Assembly: GCF_009914755.1 (NCBI RefSeq)
Contig: NC_060926.1
Length of the DNA: 64,000 nucleotides
Strand: one strand, 5' to 3'
Source of the DNA: the human T2T-CHM13v2.0 reference genome, Homo sapiens
The notes below the pieces were generated by a model. That model was not told the origin of the DNA, searched no databases, and saw only the letters and a list, made by a program, of their open reading frames with translations. Made by a program: the position numbers and the translations under genes. Each line of letters opens with the position of its first letter. The first letter of the stretch is position 1. Positions 38,148-53,160 of the stretch are shown here, piece after piece.

Positions 38148-40061
38148 AATTGTTCTTTATTCCAAGCCTATTAGTATTTTGAAGTAGAACATTGCTTTGC
38201 CATTAAGGAAATATGCCCTAAATTGGTAGTTCTTGATGGTGGTGTTTCCACTCTCCTCCTACCCAAGGACAACCTAGAGCTATGTGAGGGGCTTTTTTTG
38301 GTTGTCAAAATGATTAATGGAGCTCACTGGCCTCTAGTAGGTGGGAGCTAAGGGTGTTAGACATCCGGTAATGTGTAAGACACTTCATTTTAAGATAGCA
38401 AAGGAAACATTACAAAACATTTGTTTTATAAAAAGGGTGTTATTCCAATAGAGCTGAGAGCTACCAGATTGAAGAGAGGAATGTCCTGCTTTTCCTGGGG
38501 AAGGGTAAATGAAATCTGCTGATCTTTTTTTGAGATGATTCATAATGGAAAAGTAAAAGAAACCAGGAATTTGTCACATGGAATGTAATTTGCTGAAAAA
38601 TTTGAATATAAGAATGTAAAATTTGTAATCATAAAAATTCCATTTGAAATGGTATTTTCTAAAAAGAGAAATCAGCCTTTAGTTTTAGGTAACAGGTTAG
38701 TTTGAGACAGGTAAAATTCCACACTCATGGAAGGAAATAATGAAGCTAGTGAAATGAAGAGATGTTCTCACTGCCCTTTAGCATCCTAAACTGGGGAAAT
38801 CCAAAATTATGAAAGGAAGGCAAAGTAAAAAACTTCCATAAAAAATGAAACCATATTTTGTTACAATTTTCATTTTCATGTAGATATAAAAATATGCATG
38901 TTATTGAAATGATCAGAGATTGATTAGATGTGGCTCACAAAAATTGAGATCTGTAAGATATATTTTAGAAAAAGTTAGTTCTTTTAATATAGCATTCAGA
39001 GTAATTTGTCTTTGATGTTAAATACACTTTAAATCAAATGTGATGTAGTATATTGTAGGCTTATAGAATTTGTTTTAGCAAACAGAATATGTTGAGTGAG
39101 TTTGTATTTTCTGGAGTGATTCCGTTTGGGGTGATAAGGCAAGGTCTCATGGGGAAGGCCCTAGGAAAGGGTAGGGGATGTTCTGGGCCAAAATACAATA
39201 GACCATAAGCATCATCTTCTTGTAAGGCAATATAATAGAGGATTGAAAAAGTCAGGAAGCCAGAGTCCCTGTCTTTATTTATCTTTTTATGTGTTTACTT
39301 ATTATTTTTGTGAAGTATATGTTTATATATTTTAAAAATCACCTTTCTAAATGTACAGTTCTATGAGTTTGGACAAAAGCATAAAGTTGTACAACTACCA
39401 CTACATTCAAGATATTGAACAGTTCCATCACCCCCAAAATTGGTTTTTTTTAGTCAAAACCTCTACCCCAGTTCTTAGCAAGCTCTGATCTATTTACTGT
39501 CTTTATAATCTGGCCTTTTCTAGAGGGTACTAAAAATTAGATCATTATATAGCTCCTCTAGTCTTTTTCCTCTTATTTAGCATAATACATTAGAGATTTA
39601 TCCACGTTGCTGCATGTGACAGCAGTTCATGCTTTTACTGCTGAGTAGTACTCCATTGCATAGATGTACTACACTTTATCCATTCACCAGCTGAAAGACA
39701 ATTGGGTTGTTTCCAGCATTTGGAGGTTATGAATAGTCACTATAAATAGTCGTGTACAGGTTTTTGGTTGAAAATAGGTTTTTATTTCTCTTTGGTAAAT
39801 GGTTAAGAGAGGATAGCTAGATCATACTGTATGTTTAGCTTTATTAAAAAAAACTTACCAACTATATTCTGAAGTGGCTGTATTATTTCATATTTTCATT
39901 AGCAATGTATGATGGTTCCAGTGCTCCACATCCTGGTCATCATGTGGTTCAGCTGGTCTTTTTAAGTTTAAACATTCTGTTAGGTATGTAGTGATGTCTC
40001 AGTGGGTTTTTATTTGGTGTCATACATAAGAAATCTTTGTTTATCTTTGTTCCCATCTTGC

Positions 40062-40187
40062 TTTATTTCCAGTTTCCAATATATGTTTATTTCCAGTTTC
40101 CAATATATGTTTATTTCCAATATATGTTTCCAATATATGTTTATTTCCAGTTTCCAATATATGTTTATTTCCAGTTTCCAATATATG
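40062..40187. repeat. 24-bp minisatellite (tttatttccagtttccaatatatg), four full and two partial units
   Basis: Directly visible tandem units. Confidence 0.9.
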
Positions 40188-40567
40188 TTTTCTTACAGTT
40201 TTCATCTCTCTGCTGAAATTCCATATTGGTTCATGCACATTGTCTGCCTTCTCCATTTAGAGCCTTTAACATATTACTAATGGTTATTTCAAATGGCTTG
40301 TGTGATAGTTCCAGCATCTGAATCATCTCTGAGTTTTGTTCTGTTGATCACTTCATCTCAGGACAGTGGGTTACTTTACCTATCTTATTGTCTTATTATT
40401 TTTGACTGAATACCAGACATTGTTTGCAGGACAGCAGAGGCTGAAACAAACAATATATATGATTGGAAATGAGCATGTCTCTTCTTCTGCTAGGCTATTT
40501 GTATAGGGGTTGAGTTTATCTAGTTAGCAGTTGAGCAGGTTTTGTTGCTGCTTGGGTGTCAAAGAGC

Positions 40568-40889
40568 TTTTCTCTCTCTCTCTCTCTCTCTTTTTTTTTT
40601 TTTTTTTGAGACAGAGTCTTGCTTTGTCCCCCAGGCTGGTGTGCAGTGGTACAATCTCAGCTCACTGCAACCTCTGCCTCCTGGATTCAAGTGATTCTCA
40701 TGCCTCAGCCTCCCAGATAGCTGGGATTACAGGCATGCGCCACCAAACTGGGCTAATTTTTGTATTTTTAGTAGAGGCGAGGTTTCACCGTGTTGGCCAG
40801 GCTAGTCTTGAATTCCCGACTTCAAGTAATCCGCCCACCTCGGCCTCCCAAAGTTCTGGGTTTACAGGCGTGAGCTACTGCACCTGGCT
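40568..40889 (-). mobile_element. Alu (AluS-like) with a (TC)n/T tail
   Basis: Full Alu reverse complement. Confidence 0.94.
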
Positions 40890-41719
40890 GAGATTTTCTC
40901 AATGTTGCTGCTCTACCCCCAGCTTTCAGCCTTTCCTGTGTTGTAGCACCACAAAAGGGATCTATCTTCCCAAGGAATGGACTACTATTGCTTGTTACCC
41001 AGTATTGCAAGCTCAGTTGTTTTGTTCCTGTGTGATCCTACTTCTCCTTTTCAAGGCAGCCAAACTGCCTTGCATCTTTGGCAAATCTTCTATGGGACTT
41101 CCCTGTACCTGCCCAGTAGTAGGAGACTTCTATTAGTAATGGTGTAGGATCCTGAGCCCAGGACTGTTCCTTGCTCTTCCAATAATGACAAGGTTTTGTT
41201 TTGTTTTGTTTTGTTTTCTCTTTCTCTAGCTGTAATGGGTTTTCATCTAGTCTTGGAGATATGAAGTTTCTGGTTCTTCCCCCAAGGCTAGAGGCTTTTG
41301 TTCCTTGAGAAAGCATCTAAGGAGGGCTTTGTGACTTTCCTTCAGCAACTGCACTCCCCTCCTCCAGGCCTGCACCACCAAGGAAGACTCCCTCTGGTCC
41401 CCCACCCTCACCCAGTCTTTCTCATGAGCACCAAATGGAAATCTGTGAAGACGATCTTGTAAGTGTGAACTGCTTCTCTGTCTGTGGCTCCCAGACAAAC
41501 CTGTACTGTCACACTAGTTCACAGTCAGACTTCTGCAATTTGTTAGAAATTTTAGCAAATCCTTCCTACTTGTTTGATGGCAACCGGCATCTCTTCTTCC
41601 TGTGTTCTGCCGAAGGTGAGACAGAGCTTGTACCCTGTATTCTTAGAGACGCCTTGGATTTCAAGCTACCTAGTTGCCCTATGGCCTTAACTATCTGATG
41701 GGTTCAAGAAAAATTATGA

Positions 41720-42125
<406 letters not shown>

Positions 42126-45100
42126 TAAAGTTATTCTAGAGATTAAAATTTTGCAGATTTTTCCCAGTAATGCATGGAAGGGTTAATAATTTTCACTATC
42201 CAAAATTTCATCTTCACATTTGGCTGAGTCATAGACCAGCTAGGAAAAGGCCAGGCAATATTGTGTCTGGCATATTGCTATGTGCACCCAAGTGCTATCA
42301 TCATTTTCTTGTCCTACAAGAAGGCTTGGAGTTTCCCAGAACAGCCTCTCTTTGTGGGCAGAGGTGGCTGGCTGGCCACCAAACATTTATGCTCTCTTCT
42401 ATAGTAGAATGCCATTGGGAACAGTTGGCTCTTCCATGAACTACACTTTATAGCTTGCCTTACCGTTAGCTACTGCCATGTAACTGTGTTCTAGCAAATA
42501 TAAAATTGCAGAATTGATGTGAGCCACTTTCAGGCTTCCCCTGTAAAAGCCACTCACGTGGCATTCCTCCATGCTCCTTCCCTTACCACCAGGTGGATGC
42601 AAATGCCCACAGTGATGTGGGAAGTCAGGTGTTTAAGAAGACAGAGCCTCTATTGGTCCTAATCCCTAATGACTGTGCAGAATGGAACTCATACACTCCC
42701 ATCCCCCAAGCCTGGAGTCAACTTGGATTATTTCATGAGCAAGACATCAACTTTGTGTTCCAGCTCTTAGAGATATTGAGGTCAATTGTCCTGGCAAATG
42801 GCCAACCCTAACTAATCTTATCCTTTCCTTCCCTAGTCAAATCACCTGGTCAACCTGCTCTGATATGAGATTTTACCAAGCTTGCCAGTTATCTGTAGGT
42901 CATTCACAAGAAACAGACTTCTACAGCCTCACCATTCATGTGTAGATGAAGTCGAGAAGCTAAAAACTAGATGAGATTCAGAAAAATATATTTTCCAAGG
43001 GTGATAAAGATTTCATCTGATGTATTGACTCCAAATTATTATTAGTGGCTGCTTGTAGTGCTGTGTTGGGAAATTGTCTGAGGCAGTGTCCAGGCTAATA
43101 GAAAAGAACACTGTGATTAATTGGCAATAACTATCATGGCAGGTGAGGTAGGGGTGATGGCATGGGTTCAAAGAACTTCGTCATCCCTGGGACTTAAGCC
43201 AAGCTCTTGGATGCATTCAGTAGGCTGTTCCTAGAAATAGTACCCAGATTTGTAAATCTCAAGTAAGAGGCACTTACCATTAAGGCAATATCCTTACCAT
43301 GGCTGTTACTTATATAAGTTGGTATGATTTATTGGCAGCCTTAATCGGCTAAGTTATAAATGAAATTTAGACATCCCTCTGCCTAGATTCTGCTTGTTTA
43401 GTTTAGAAATCAGGTATTTTCAGGACTCAAAATTTCTAGTAAAACATTTTTGAAGGCACACATACTGCTTCCATCTGAGCAGTGGCAAAGCAGATGATTT
43501 TAATTGTTGGGATTGTGATCTAGTGTCTTGAAGTCTATTCTGATGAACCGATGAACTCCTTACTAGCTTATAGACTGGTCTGGCAAATAGAAAGAAACAA
43601 AGAATAGGAAACAGTCCTGATATAGATAAACTTTTGGTGGTTAAAAAGCAGACAGACCCCTTCTTTCTGCTGTGGGAATTAGAGTTTACTTACAGTGGCT
43701 CTCAAGTGCCTGGATTTCTTAAGCTACATGTTCTTAGTTATTATACTATTCTTTTGATGACAAAGGATGAAGTTCAGATACACACACCTAAGTCCAAATC
43801 ACACTGCATCCAAACAAAATCTTAGCTTAATCTTTTTCACAAACACATTAGAGATTTTTTATTTTCACAGGACATGGGAAAGAGTAATATATTTTGAACA
43901 CAAAATAAAATGGAGAAGTTAGCCAAGAAGTTCATGTAATTTCTAATCTTGAGGAAACAGACACATCCAAATTGAAGGATATTCTGTAAAATGACTGTTC
44001 CAGAGTCTTTTAAAAATGTCAATGTCATGAAAGAATTTTTAAAAATGGTTGAGGGATTGTTTTAGATCAAAAAAAACTAAAGAGGCACAACAACTAAATG
44101 CAATGCTCAATCCTCCATTGAGTCCTGGATAACACAAGCCAAAGAGATAGTTTTAAATCTTTTGGAGAAATTTGAATATAAACTTTATATCAGTGTTAAA
44201 TGTCTTGAGTGTGAAAATCATAGAAGAGTTTCCTTCTACAATTTTAGATAGGTGTTGTAGTACTTAGAGCATGGTATCAAAATGTCTGCACTTACTCTCA
44301 AAGGATGAGCATTACACTTAAAGAGATGTGGCAACTGTGGTCACTGTTGGAGAATCTAGATGAAGGCTATACAAGCATTTATTGTTCTGGCCTTACAACT
44401 TTCCTGTAGGTTTAAACATTTTCACATTGAAAAGCTGGGAAGAAAAGTTTTTCTACTTGATGGTATATCCTAAGAATTTCCTGTAATATTATATTATATC
44501 CTAACCACTCATAATGACTACTTTTAATAACACCATGGTATTCTTTTGAGGGAATATGTATTCTCTTTAATGATTCCACAATTTAGATTCCTAATAAATA
44601 ATACTTCAATGTGCATCTCTGTATGTATTTTGTAGATTCTAATCTTGGCATAAATTTCCACAGGTAGGTTGCTGGATCAAATGGCCATTTATGGAGAATT
44701 TGAAACATTCTGCTGTGATCTATTTTTTTTTAAGCTGGTAAGTGAGATGGCAGGATCTTAATAAAAGTGATCTTTTTTTGAAATATAACTCATTTCAAAC
44801 AGTTATATTTCTGTGAGCCTGAATATTTTTAGATTGCTGACACCCCTTTTTCCTCACTCATCTGCCAACCTCCCCAATAGCCGTGGGACCTTGGTTCTGT
44901 CTTTGCTGCCATTGATTCCTATAGATGAGATTTTTCAGACTCAGATACTGGGCACCAAGAGGCCAATGAGAGTAGGAGGAAGTTGTTAAGCTTTTCAATA
45001 TTTCATCAAACAAAATTCATACATTTCTCACACTGAAGCTCACATAAGTGAGTTTAGACATGGAGTCTGGCTCTGGTTCAGCTTTGATAGGTAGGGTTGT

Positions 45101-45309
45101 AACCTCAGACAGCAGCTCAAATGCAACCTGAGACCCTGAGCCAGAACCACCCCATGAAGCTGCACCCAGGTTCCTGACCTGCAGAGACTGTGTGAGAGAA
45201 TGAATGTTTGTTGTTTTTAGCTGTCAAGCTTTAGAGTACTTTTTTAATGCGCGATAGATAACCAATACAGATTCTGGAAGTGAGATGTGGCCATAACAAA
45301 ACATAAAAT

Positions 45310-46050
45310 GTGAATAAAAGACTTGAATACCTACTTCATAAAAGGAGATATGTGAATAATAGGCATATAAAAAGGAGTGCATTAGTCAGCAGAAAAATGC
45401 ATATTGAAAGCACAATGCAATGCCACTACACACCTACCAGAAAGGCTCCAAGTGTTGGTGAGGATGCAGAATACCTGGAACTCATATATTGCTGACGGGA
45501 GTATAAAATGGTGTAAACGAATACAGTTAACCTAAACCTAAGCCAGTTGACCCAGAAAATACACTGCTAGGTTTATACCAAGAGAAATGATTGCATGCAA
45601 CCAAAATAAGAGGAACACATAAATGTTCCTAGCGGCTTCATTTATTATAGGCCTAAACTGCAAATAACTCAAATATTCAGCAGAAGAATGGATAAATAAT
45701 TTGTGATATATCCAGGCAATGGAATACTACTCAGCAATAATAATAATTGAAGTATACATACAGCAACCTGGATGAACCTCACAAGCACTATTTTGAGCAA
45801 AAGCATGCTATGTAGTTTCATTTATATGCCATTAAGGAACAGGTTAAAACAAATTTATGATGATAAAAGAGAGAGTACTGGTTGCCTCAGGATTGGTAAG
45901 TTGTATTGACTGGAAGGTAGCAGGAGTGAACTCTCTGGGGTGATGGAAATGTTCAACATTTGATCTGGATAGTGATCACGTGGTTTTATGTATCTAAAAA
46001 ATTCACAAAATAGTCACCCATTTTGTTCATTTTACTACTATATAAATTAC
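45310..46050 (+). mobile_element. Old L1M 3' end
   Basis: caagtgttggtgaggatgcaga...atggaatactactcagcaat...ctggggtgatggaaatgttc. Confidence 0.75.
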
Positions 46051-46403
46051 ATGTCAAGAAGATAATGTCGAAAAGATCCAAAGGCCTTTCTGGCCCTAGA
46101 GAACATGTCTTTGGCCCCTCCTCTGACTTCTCCTCTGAGCACTCTTCCCCTTATTCACTCCCCAAACACCCTGGTCACCTTCCTGCTCCTCCAACACACC
46201 AAGCATACTGCCACCTCGGGGCCTTTGCACTGGCTCCTCCCTTGTCAGCACTCCCTGTCCTCAAATATCCCTGCAGATATCATCCTTCGCTTTATTCAGG
46301 TCTACCTATCATTGTCACAGTTCTCTAGAGACAGAGCCCTGGGCAAAGGTTAAGTCTTAGAGGGTTACTTGGGAGGTACAATCCCACACAGCTGGCTGCT
46401 CGA

Positions 46404-46853
46404 TATGTTAGTTTCTAGAGCAGCTGTAATAACACACCACACACTGTTGTCACTCAGAACAACAGAAATGTGTTGTGTCACAGTTCTGGATGCTAGAAGT
46501 CTGAAGTAAAGGTATGGTGAGGCCATGCTCCCTCTGAAACCTGTAGGGGAGGCTCCTTCCCTGCCTCTTCTAGCCTTGGTGTTTGCAGCTCTCTGTGGCG
46601 TTGCCTAGCATTTAGATGCATTGCTCCAATCTCTGCCTCCATTGTCACCTCACCATCTTCCCCTGATGTGTCTCTGTCTTTCTCCTTCTAAGGACAAGAG
46701 ATTGGATTAGGCCCCCACCCCCTTAATGACTTCATCTTAACTTGATTGCATCAGCAAAGACCCTGTTTCCAAATACTATAAAGCCACATTCACAGTTACT
46801 GGGGGTTAGGACTTCGACATATCTTTCTGAGGAACATAGTTCAACCCATAACA
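46404..46853 (-). mobile_element. MLT1B/C-like MaLR LTR
   Basis: cacagttctggatgctagaagtctgaagt...ggttaggacttcgacatatc...gttcaacccataaca. Confidence 0.8.
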
Positions 46854-47259
46854 CTCAGTCGGCGCACAGGCTTGGCCACACACAGCAGGCTGTGTGGAGA
46901 AATTGTGCACCAGACGGGGCAGGGGGAAAGGGTGAGGCAGTTCAGCTGCCCAGTATCCTCCAGTCTCCTGTTTCCTGTCTCCCACTGGTGCAAAGTCCAT
47001 TCAGGGGGAATGAAATCCTCTTCCTTTCCGAGTTGCATCATTCAGCCCCATTGGCAGTTGCTCAGGAAACAAGGTCCTGCAGTTTGGCATTTCAGCTGAG
47101 TTTGGACGTGGGGAGAGAAGCCAGATATTCTAGGCCTGTGGCTGGTGAGCCTCAGGCGGGAAAACCACAGGGGCCTTTGGTGGCTGCAGGGAGCAAGTGG
47201 CCGAGGAAGGAACAGGTGGTGCTGAGACAGGCCCCAGGTTCTGCCCAAATGTCATCTGA

Positions 47260-47520
47260 CCAGAGAGGCCTTCTCTGACTACTTCATACCAGATAGATGC
47301 TCCTTCCCTGTCTCTGCATTTCCTTGTTTTGCTTAATCATTCTTCGCATCAATTATTGCCAGTTGACATATTATATATTTATGTGTTTATTTGCAATGTC
47401 TCATTTTACTCACTACCACGGTGTTCCCTGCAAGTAGGAAATTTATCTGCTCGTCCTTTGCCCTTTCTTCAGTGCCTATCACAGTGCCTGGCACATTGTA
47501 GGTGCTCAGTAAATATTGAG
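47260..47520 (+). mobile_element. L2 3' end
   Basis: cagtgcctggcacattgtaggtgctcagtaaatattga. Confidence 0.7.
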
Positions 47521-49342
47521 TTTCAATGACTCGAGAAATCAATGGATATAAAGAAATGAAAAAGACTTGGTCTCTGCAGTCTGTTAGGGAGTAGCTGAGT
47601 GGGTGGCAGTGGGGTTCTCTTAGGTCCAGACAGGCCTGTCCTAAGCAGGTCAGGCCCCAGGTGCAGCTGCAAGCAGAGCTCCATTTCCAGGGTTTGAATT
47701 CTGCAGCTCCCTGAGGTGGCCAGGGGCTGCCAGGATCACAGCTGCAAAGCCTCTGGGTCATCAGGCAGAGGGAAGAGCAGACAGAGGGAACTCTTCTCAT
47801 CTGGACTTGGAGGGTCGACCTTGCCCAGAGGGGAGGGTATTGCTTCCTGCAGAGCCACGGGTGGGGAGAAAGAATCCTGTCTTCCCAGGTTGACCTCTTC
47901 TAAGCTTCCTGAGTTATCTTCTATCTCTAGAACCAAACTAGTACTTTTAGTCCCAAAATGCCAATAAATATATCTTCTTTACTAGCTGTGGCACTATCAT
48001 ATTTTTAAGGTGAAAGTTAGTGTCACCTAAGCGAAAGAGCTCAGCTCCTTATTATTTATTGCCCAGTCAAGATTTAATGTGTCTCACTTTAAATGACAAT
48101 TCTCCATTTTACTTCCTTCAAGTCAACATGCTCTTGGTTCAATATAATCAATATGATTTTTAGTCACATTCTCTCTTTCCTGTGCTATTTTCTCTGTGGA
48201 ATTCACTATATAAAGTCATCCATTTATTGAAATATGTAGGAGACCATATTGGATTACTGATGAAAAGGAAATTGTAACAAACACTGGGTGACCATAATTC
48301 ATTCAAAATTCGTTTGTGGTAATTTTCTCTATTAGTGTGAAAAATGAGTATAACACAGGTAGAGATTTTCCGAGTTGAATAATGTACTCTGTGTCTTTCG
48401 TACAATAATAAAAAGCAATGGCAGCTTGTTATTTCACCAAAATAAATATACTCCACCACTAGAAAATAAGCCTAAGACTAAAGCTGTGACATGGTGACAT
48501 TTTCCTCACTGCAAATTATGTACCAAAGTTAATTACTGCAACTTTACCAACTGAGCTTGAGAAAGTGGCATATGTAACCCTCTCCCTTTGTTTTGGTGAG
48601 AAAGTGCAGGCTTCGTTTTGGTGAGGAAGACTGTGGCATAGGTGGAGTGCTGAACCCACTTTGGACCTGAGTGATTTGTGGATTGCTGACTTTCACCATT
48701 CTGGCTTTGTGAGGAATTGTCCCTTCTGGGAAGGGGGCGAGGTGGAGCGTTCAAGCTCTTTCCTAGCCTATTGCCTCCCAGGAGGCAGGGAGTTCGTATG
48801 TTACGGGAACTAACACTAATAACTACCATTTTCTTTATAGAGGTCAGTATGCTTCTCAACCAGATGCAATTACTTCCAGGACAAAAGATTTTTCTTTTCC
48901 CTTAAGACTTGCTTGCATTAATAACTAAGTCACAAATTTTAACTCTGAACGTTTTTTAAATTAAGAGAGTTCATTTTAACTTTGCCTCCTGACTGGATAA
49001 TTTACCTTTCTGTAAAACGAGGAACTATAACTGCCCTTACCTATGAAGTTACCTGAAGAGCACAGGGAGTACAAAACAGAACTTTACCTTAGTCTTTTAC
49101 AAAGCTGGAGATTGGAAGATAGTCACTAGACAAGTTCAAACCATTTTTTTTCTTGCGCTTATATTTAGTTGTTTGCCTTAATTCTAGTGCCCTGAAGTTG
49201 GATATATCTAAAGTACAGTTAAAACTAAATAGCTAATTCCTTTCTAATTTAATTTACTTTTACATGCCATAATGATAGAAATACAAAACCAAAACAAAAG
49301 AAAAACTCTGCTTCTAAAAGTCACAAAGAAATGTAATAATAC

Positions 49343-50137
49343 TGTCGATCCAAAAGAAAGGAACTGAGGCAGAGTTAATATAAGTAGGAGTTTATTTGGG
49401 CCGGGAGTTTGAAGATTGCAGCCCAGGAGCATAGATGCATGCTGCCCTGAATAGACCCTCTGATTAGTAGCAGTTACAGGTGGACTTTTATTTATCTTTT
49501 TTTTTTCTTTTCCTTTTTTCCTTTTTAAACAGGGTCTCACTTTGTCACCCAGGCTGCAGTGCAGTGGTGCAATCTCAGCTTACTGCAGCCTCAACCTCCC
49601 AGGTTCAAGTGATCTTCCCACCTTAGCCCCGCCAAGTAGCTGGGACTATAGGCGAGTGCCACCATGCCTGGCTGATTTTTGTATTTTTTGCAGACACGGG
49701 GTTTCGCCATGTTGCCCAGGCTGGTCTTGAACTCCTGGCCTCAAGCGACCCACCTGCCTTGGCCTCCCTAAGTGCTGGGATTACAGGAGTGAGCCACTGC
49801 AAAGGGCCTACAGGCAGACTTTTAAAGGTAAGAAAGGAAAACAGTGAGTGGGCTGATACAAAGTTGTTTGTCAGGAATTCTCATTGGTTTACAGACTTAA
49901 CACTGATTAGTGATTGGCTATGCGTTGGTAAGCTATAGGGTGTGGGTTATAGTGTCTGGTGTGGCATTATTAGGTTAATTTATAGCTACTGTGACAATAG
50001 CTAAGCAGTTGCAGGAGATAAATACATAGCTCAGAGTGGGTAATAGGGCACAACTGTGATCTCATTTTAATGCCTCTCTGGGCCTAACAATTCGTAAGGG
50101 CTCACAATCCTCAGATGAAAGTTCTTTTCTTTCCTCA
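49343..50137 (-). mobile_element. ERV1-type solo LTR with an internal Alu
   Basis: TG...CA termini with a perfect 4-bp TSD ATAC (49339-49342, 50138-50141). Confidence 0.8.
49491..49808 (-). mobile_element. Alu (AluJ-like)
   Basis: TSD tacagg(tg/ca)gactttta on both sides. Confidence 0.93.
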
Positions 50138-50765
50138 ATACTTAATTTAGTACTGAAAATATTGAGGTCCTAAATGTGGGTCATTTGTGACTTTTGCTTT
50201 AGCAGTAAAGTCTAAAAAAAAGTGTTATCGTAAATAAAATTTTAGCCACTTTCCTGTCTCCCCTTATTATCGCTTTAAGATCTTAATCCAAATATATTCC
50301 CCTAAATGGACAAATCACAGTTTTAAAACAAACCACAACCTTTTTATTGTTACCCACAAATTGGGACTCTCCTGATCAGATATTTTTAATTACGCATTTC
50401 TTTTTTAGAAAGCTCAGGAGACTGTAAGAGCTGTACTTCCCTAATGAGTATGGTATTCCTCCCAAGTCCCAGGCGAATCACTTTGCGTAGAAAAGGCAAT
50501 TGTCTTGGTTGAGTAGGAATTAATGTTGAAGGTGTGGAAGGAAGTTGACTTGATTCAGTTTTCACTAGCCCAAGTCACAGATGTTAAATTGCAAGTTTCA
50601 CGTCAGGCACCAAAATAGAATAGCTATGAAATTCCAAAGTGAGATGCCAAGATGCAAACTTTCAATCAAAATACTAAAGACCAGTTTCATGGGTCTAAAA
50701 CTTCTCACCTGAAGGGGGAAATAGTGCCTACGAAGGAGAAATTAAAGGAAGATTTTGTGAGGAGT

Positions 50766-51244
50766 TGTAATGGTTAATTTTATGTGTCACCTTGAGTGGA
50801 CCAACGGGTCCCCAGATTAAACACTGTTTCTTTGTGTGTTTGTGAGGGTTTTTCTGGATGTGATCAGCATTTCAATCAGTGGACTCAGTAGATTGCCCTC
50901 CTCAAGGAGGCAGCATCCCATTAGTTGGGGGGCCTGAACAGAACAAAAAGAGAAATTTGCCCCTTTTTTCCTGCCTTACTGCTAGCATGGGGACATCTCG
51001 TCTTCTGCTCTTGGATTGGGATTTTTAGCAGCTTCCTTAGTTTTCAGGCTTTTGGATTCAGACTGAATTACACCGCTTTCTTGGGTTTCCATCTTGCAGA
51101 TGGCATATGGTAGGACTTCTCAGCTTCCATAATTGTGGGAGCCAATTCCTCATAATAAGTCTCCTTTTATAGATACAGATATAGACATAGTTACAGATAT
51201 ATAATCCATTGGTTCTATTTCTCTGGAGAACCATGACTAAAACA
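50766..51244 (+). mobile_element. MLT2 (ERVL) solo LTR
   Basis: tgtaatggttaattttatgtgtca...tctctggagaaccatgactaaaaca with a perfect 5-bp TSD GGAGT. Confidence 0.9.
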
Positions 51245-52489
51245 GGAGTATTTTCTTGTTTTAGTCATGGAAAGTCTTGAAAAGTAATATTTCTCATACT
51301 ATTTTTTCCTCTCCATGTGGGCCACTCAGAGAACCTGTAAGTTGGGAGCATAGGGGATTGTTGTCTGACTCCAGCCCTGGAAACCTACAGATCAGGAGAG
51401 AGGGATTGGTGAGCCTCTTTGGCGAGTGAAGAGGCTGCACGGTTGGTAGGATTGGTCTGCACTCTGAGTTTATTAGAGCAAAATAGGTGTTGAGTGTCCC
51501 TATGGACCAAATGTGGGACACACAGAAGAGAACGATCCTGGAGCCCCTTTAAATCCTGCTCAAGAAGACAGCTGGGGTGTGGGTGGAAGATAAATTGGGA
51601 GTCCTACGGAGGGAGGAAATTTGGAGGGGGACTCAGGAAATCCAGTGACACTTGCTTATGTGGGGGGCCCAGCAGCAGGGGCACCTAAGAAAAAATGAAG
51701 GCACCCACAAGATAAAGAGCAGGTTTGACATTAGCCAGGTTTGGAAAAGACAATGCCATCTTACAACTGTCCCAGTAAAGTAAGAACTTTCTTGCCCCTT
51801 CTTTTCTCTCTTCCCTTCCCTACTCTGATTCTGGAAGGGTCAAAACCAGCAGCTTTCATGGTGGTCTGGGATGAGGAAGGAAAGGAGAAGCTGACCACGT
51901 CTTCTCTCCTAAAGGCTGAGACCTGCCTGTGACCAGCTGTAGGTTGGGGAGGAGGGCAGAGTTCTTTTCTTTGAAATGAAGATTGAAATATGTAGTGATA
52001 TATTGGTTTGGGCATTCTAATAGAAAGAATCTGGTACTTTCTATTACCTATAAGTGACCAAACAAGCTATATCCAGTGGCAGGGGTAGAATTGCCTTCAC
52101 TGAGCAAGTTTAAAAGGACAGTGAGATAAAACATTAAAATTGCTTTTATGATTTCACCGAAGGAATACTGCGTCTTCATTGAATTGGTTATATCACCAGC
52201 AGGAGTGATAGATGTGTTTTTATAACCTACCTTCCAATGAGGTACCTAAAACATGGTGAATCAGATTTTTCCCCATATACGGATATGAGTGAATGCCCAA
52301 TCTATGATAGAATTTCCTGGAGAATTTCTATGGGTTTCTCAGGAGACCCATCCCTCATATCCTTTATAGCCAAAACTTGCAATTTATAGATGTCGAAGCC
52401 CTTTAGCATAAGTGATCTCGACAGCTTATCACCACCAGGTCCCTGTGAAATGCAGAGAGCACCTAGTATTATTTGCACTATATGGAGAA

Positions 52490-52715
52490 TAATAGCTAAG
52501 AGTTATTGAACACTCACTATGTGCTTGGCACTTATGCTAAATATCTTACAAATACCAAATTCATGTATAATACTATTAATTTCTCCACTCTACAGATGAT
52601 GAAACGGAGTCTTAGGCTAAGTAGTTAATTTAAGGCCAAACATTTAGTAGAAGATATGGCTGCAATTTGAACTTGGCTGCCTGCCTTCAAATTCCTAACT
52701 TTGAACCTCTGCTCA
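52490..52715 (-). mobile_element. MIR
   Basis: ttattgaacactcactatgtgcttggcac...tacagatgatgaaacggag...atttgaact. Confidence 0.65.
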
Positions 52716-53160
52716 GATGAACAAAATGGAAATCAGACATTTTAGCAACTCATTCGAGGATCTACATAGCATTAACAGATATTGGTCTTGTCTCATCCTT
52801 GTCTCATGGAGATCTTCAGTAGAGATCTTAGTTCTCTAGTAGAGAAAGAATTCACTAAACTATAGGAAGGAGATTAAACAGATAATACCTTTTCCAAGTG
52901 AAAAAACAAGTCTCAAAAGATAGTGTAAGTAAATTATAACTGTACACTAGAATATTTGGTGGCCAGGAAAAAATGTTTAAGGATTTTTTAAGGAAAGTAA
53001 AGCATTTTTCCATTCCAATAGAAAAAGTAGCCTATAAACTATTAATGCTTTCAAGTCTGTTTGAATACATGTATCTATACACATACATATATGCACACAT
53101 ATACATACACATAGCTAGTTATATGTATGTGTTTGTGGGTACATGTATGATCATATCACT

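Noticed and set aside
40531-41136. 201-aa ORF and the many similar Alu-overlapping ORFs
   Set aside because: Typical antisense-Alu peptides (LSPRLECSG..., PASASQSAG...), not genes.
43840-44800. AATAAA signals (minus strand 43858-43863, plus strand 44760-44765) as 3' ends of lncRNA or read-through transcripts
   Set aside because: The hexamer is common in AT-rich DNA, and nothing in the sequence alone singles these copies out.
46742-47278. 178-aa ORF
   Set aside because: It has a non-ATG start inside an MLT1 LTR, runs into probable repeat-derived sequence, and has no recognisable domain.
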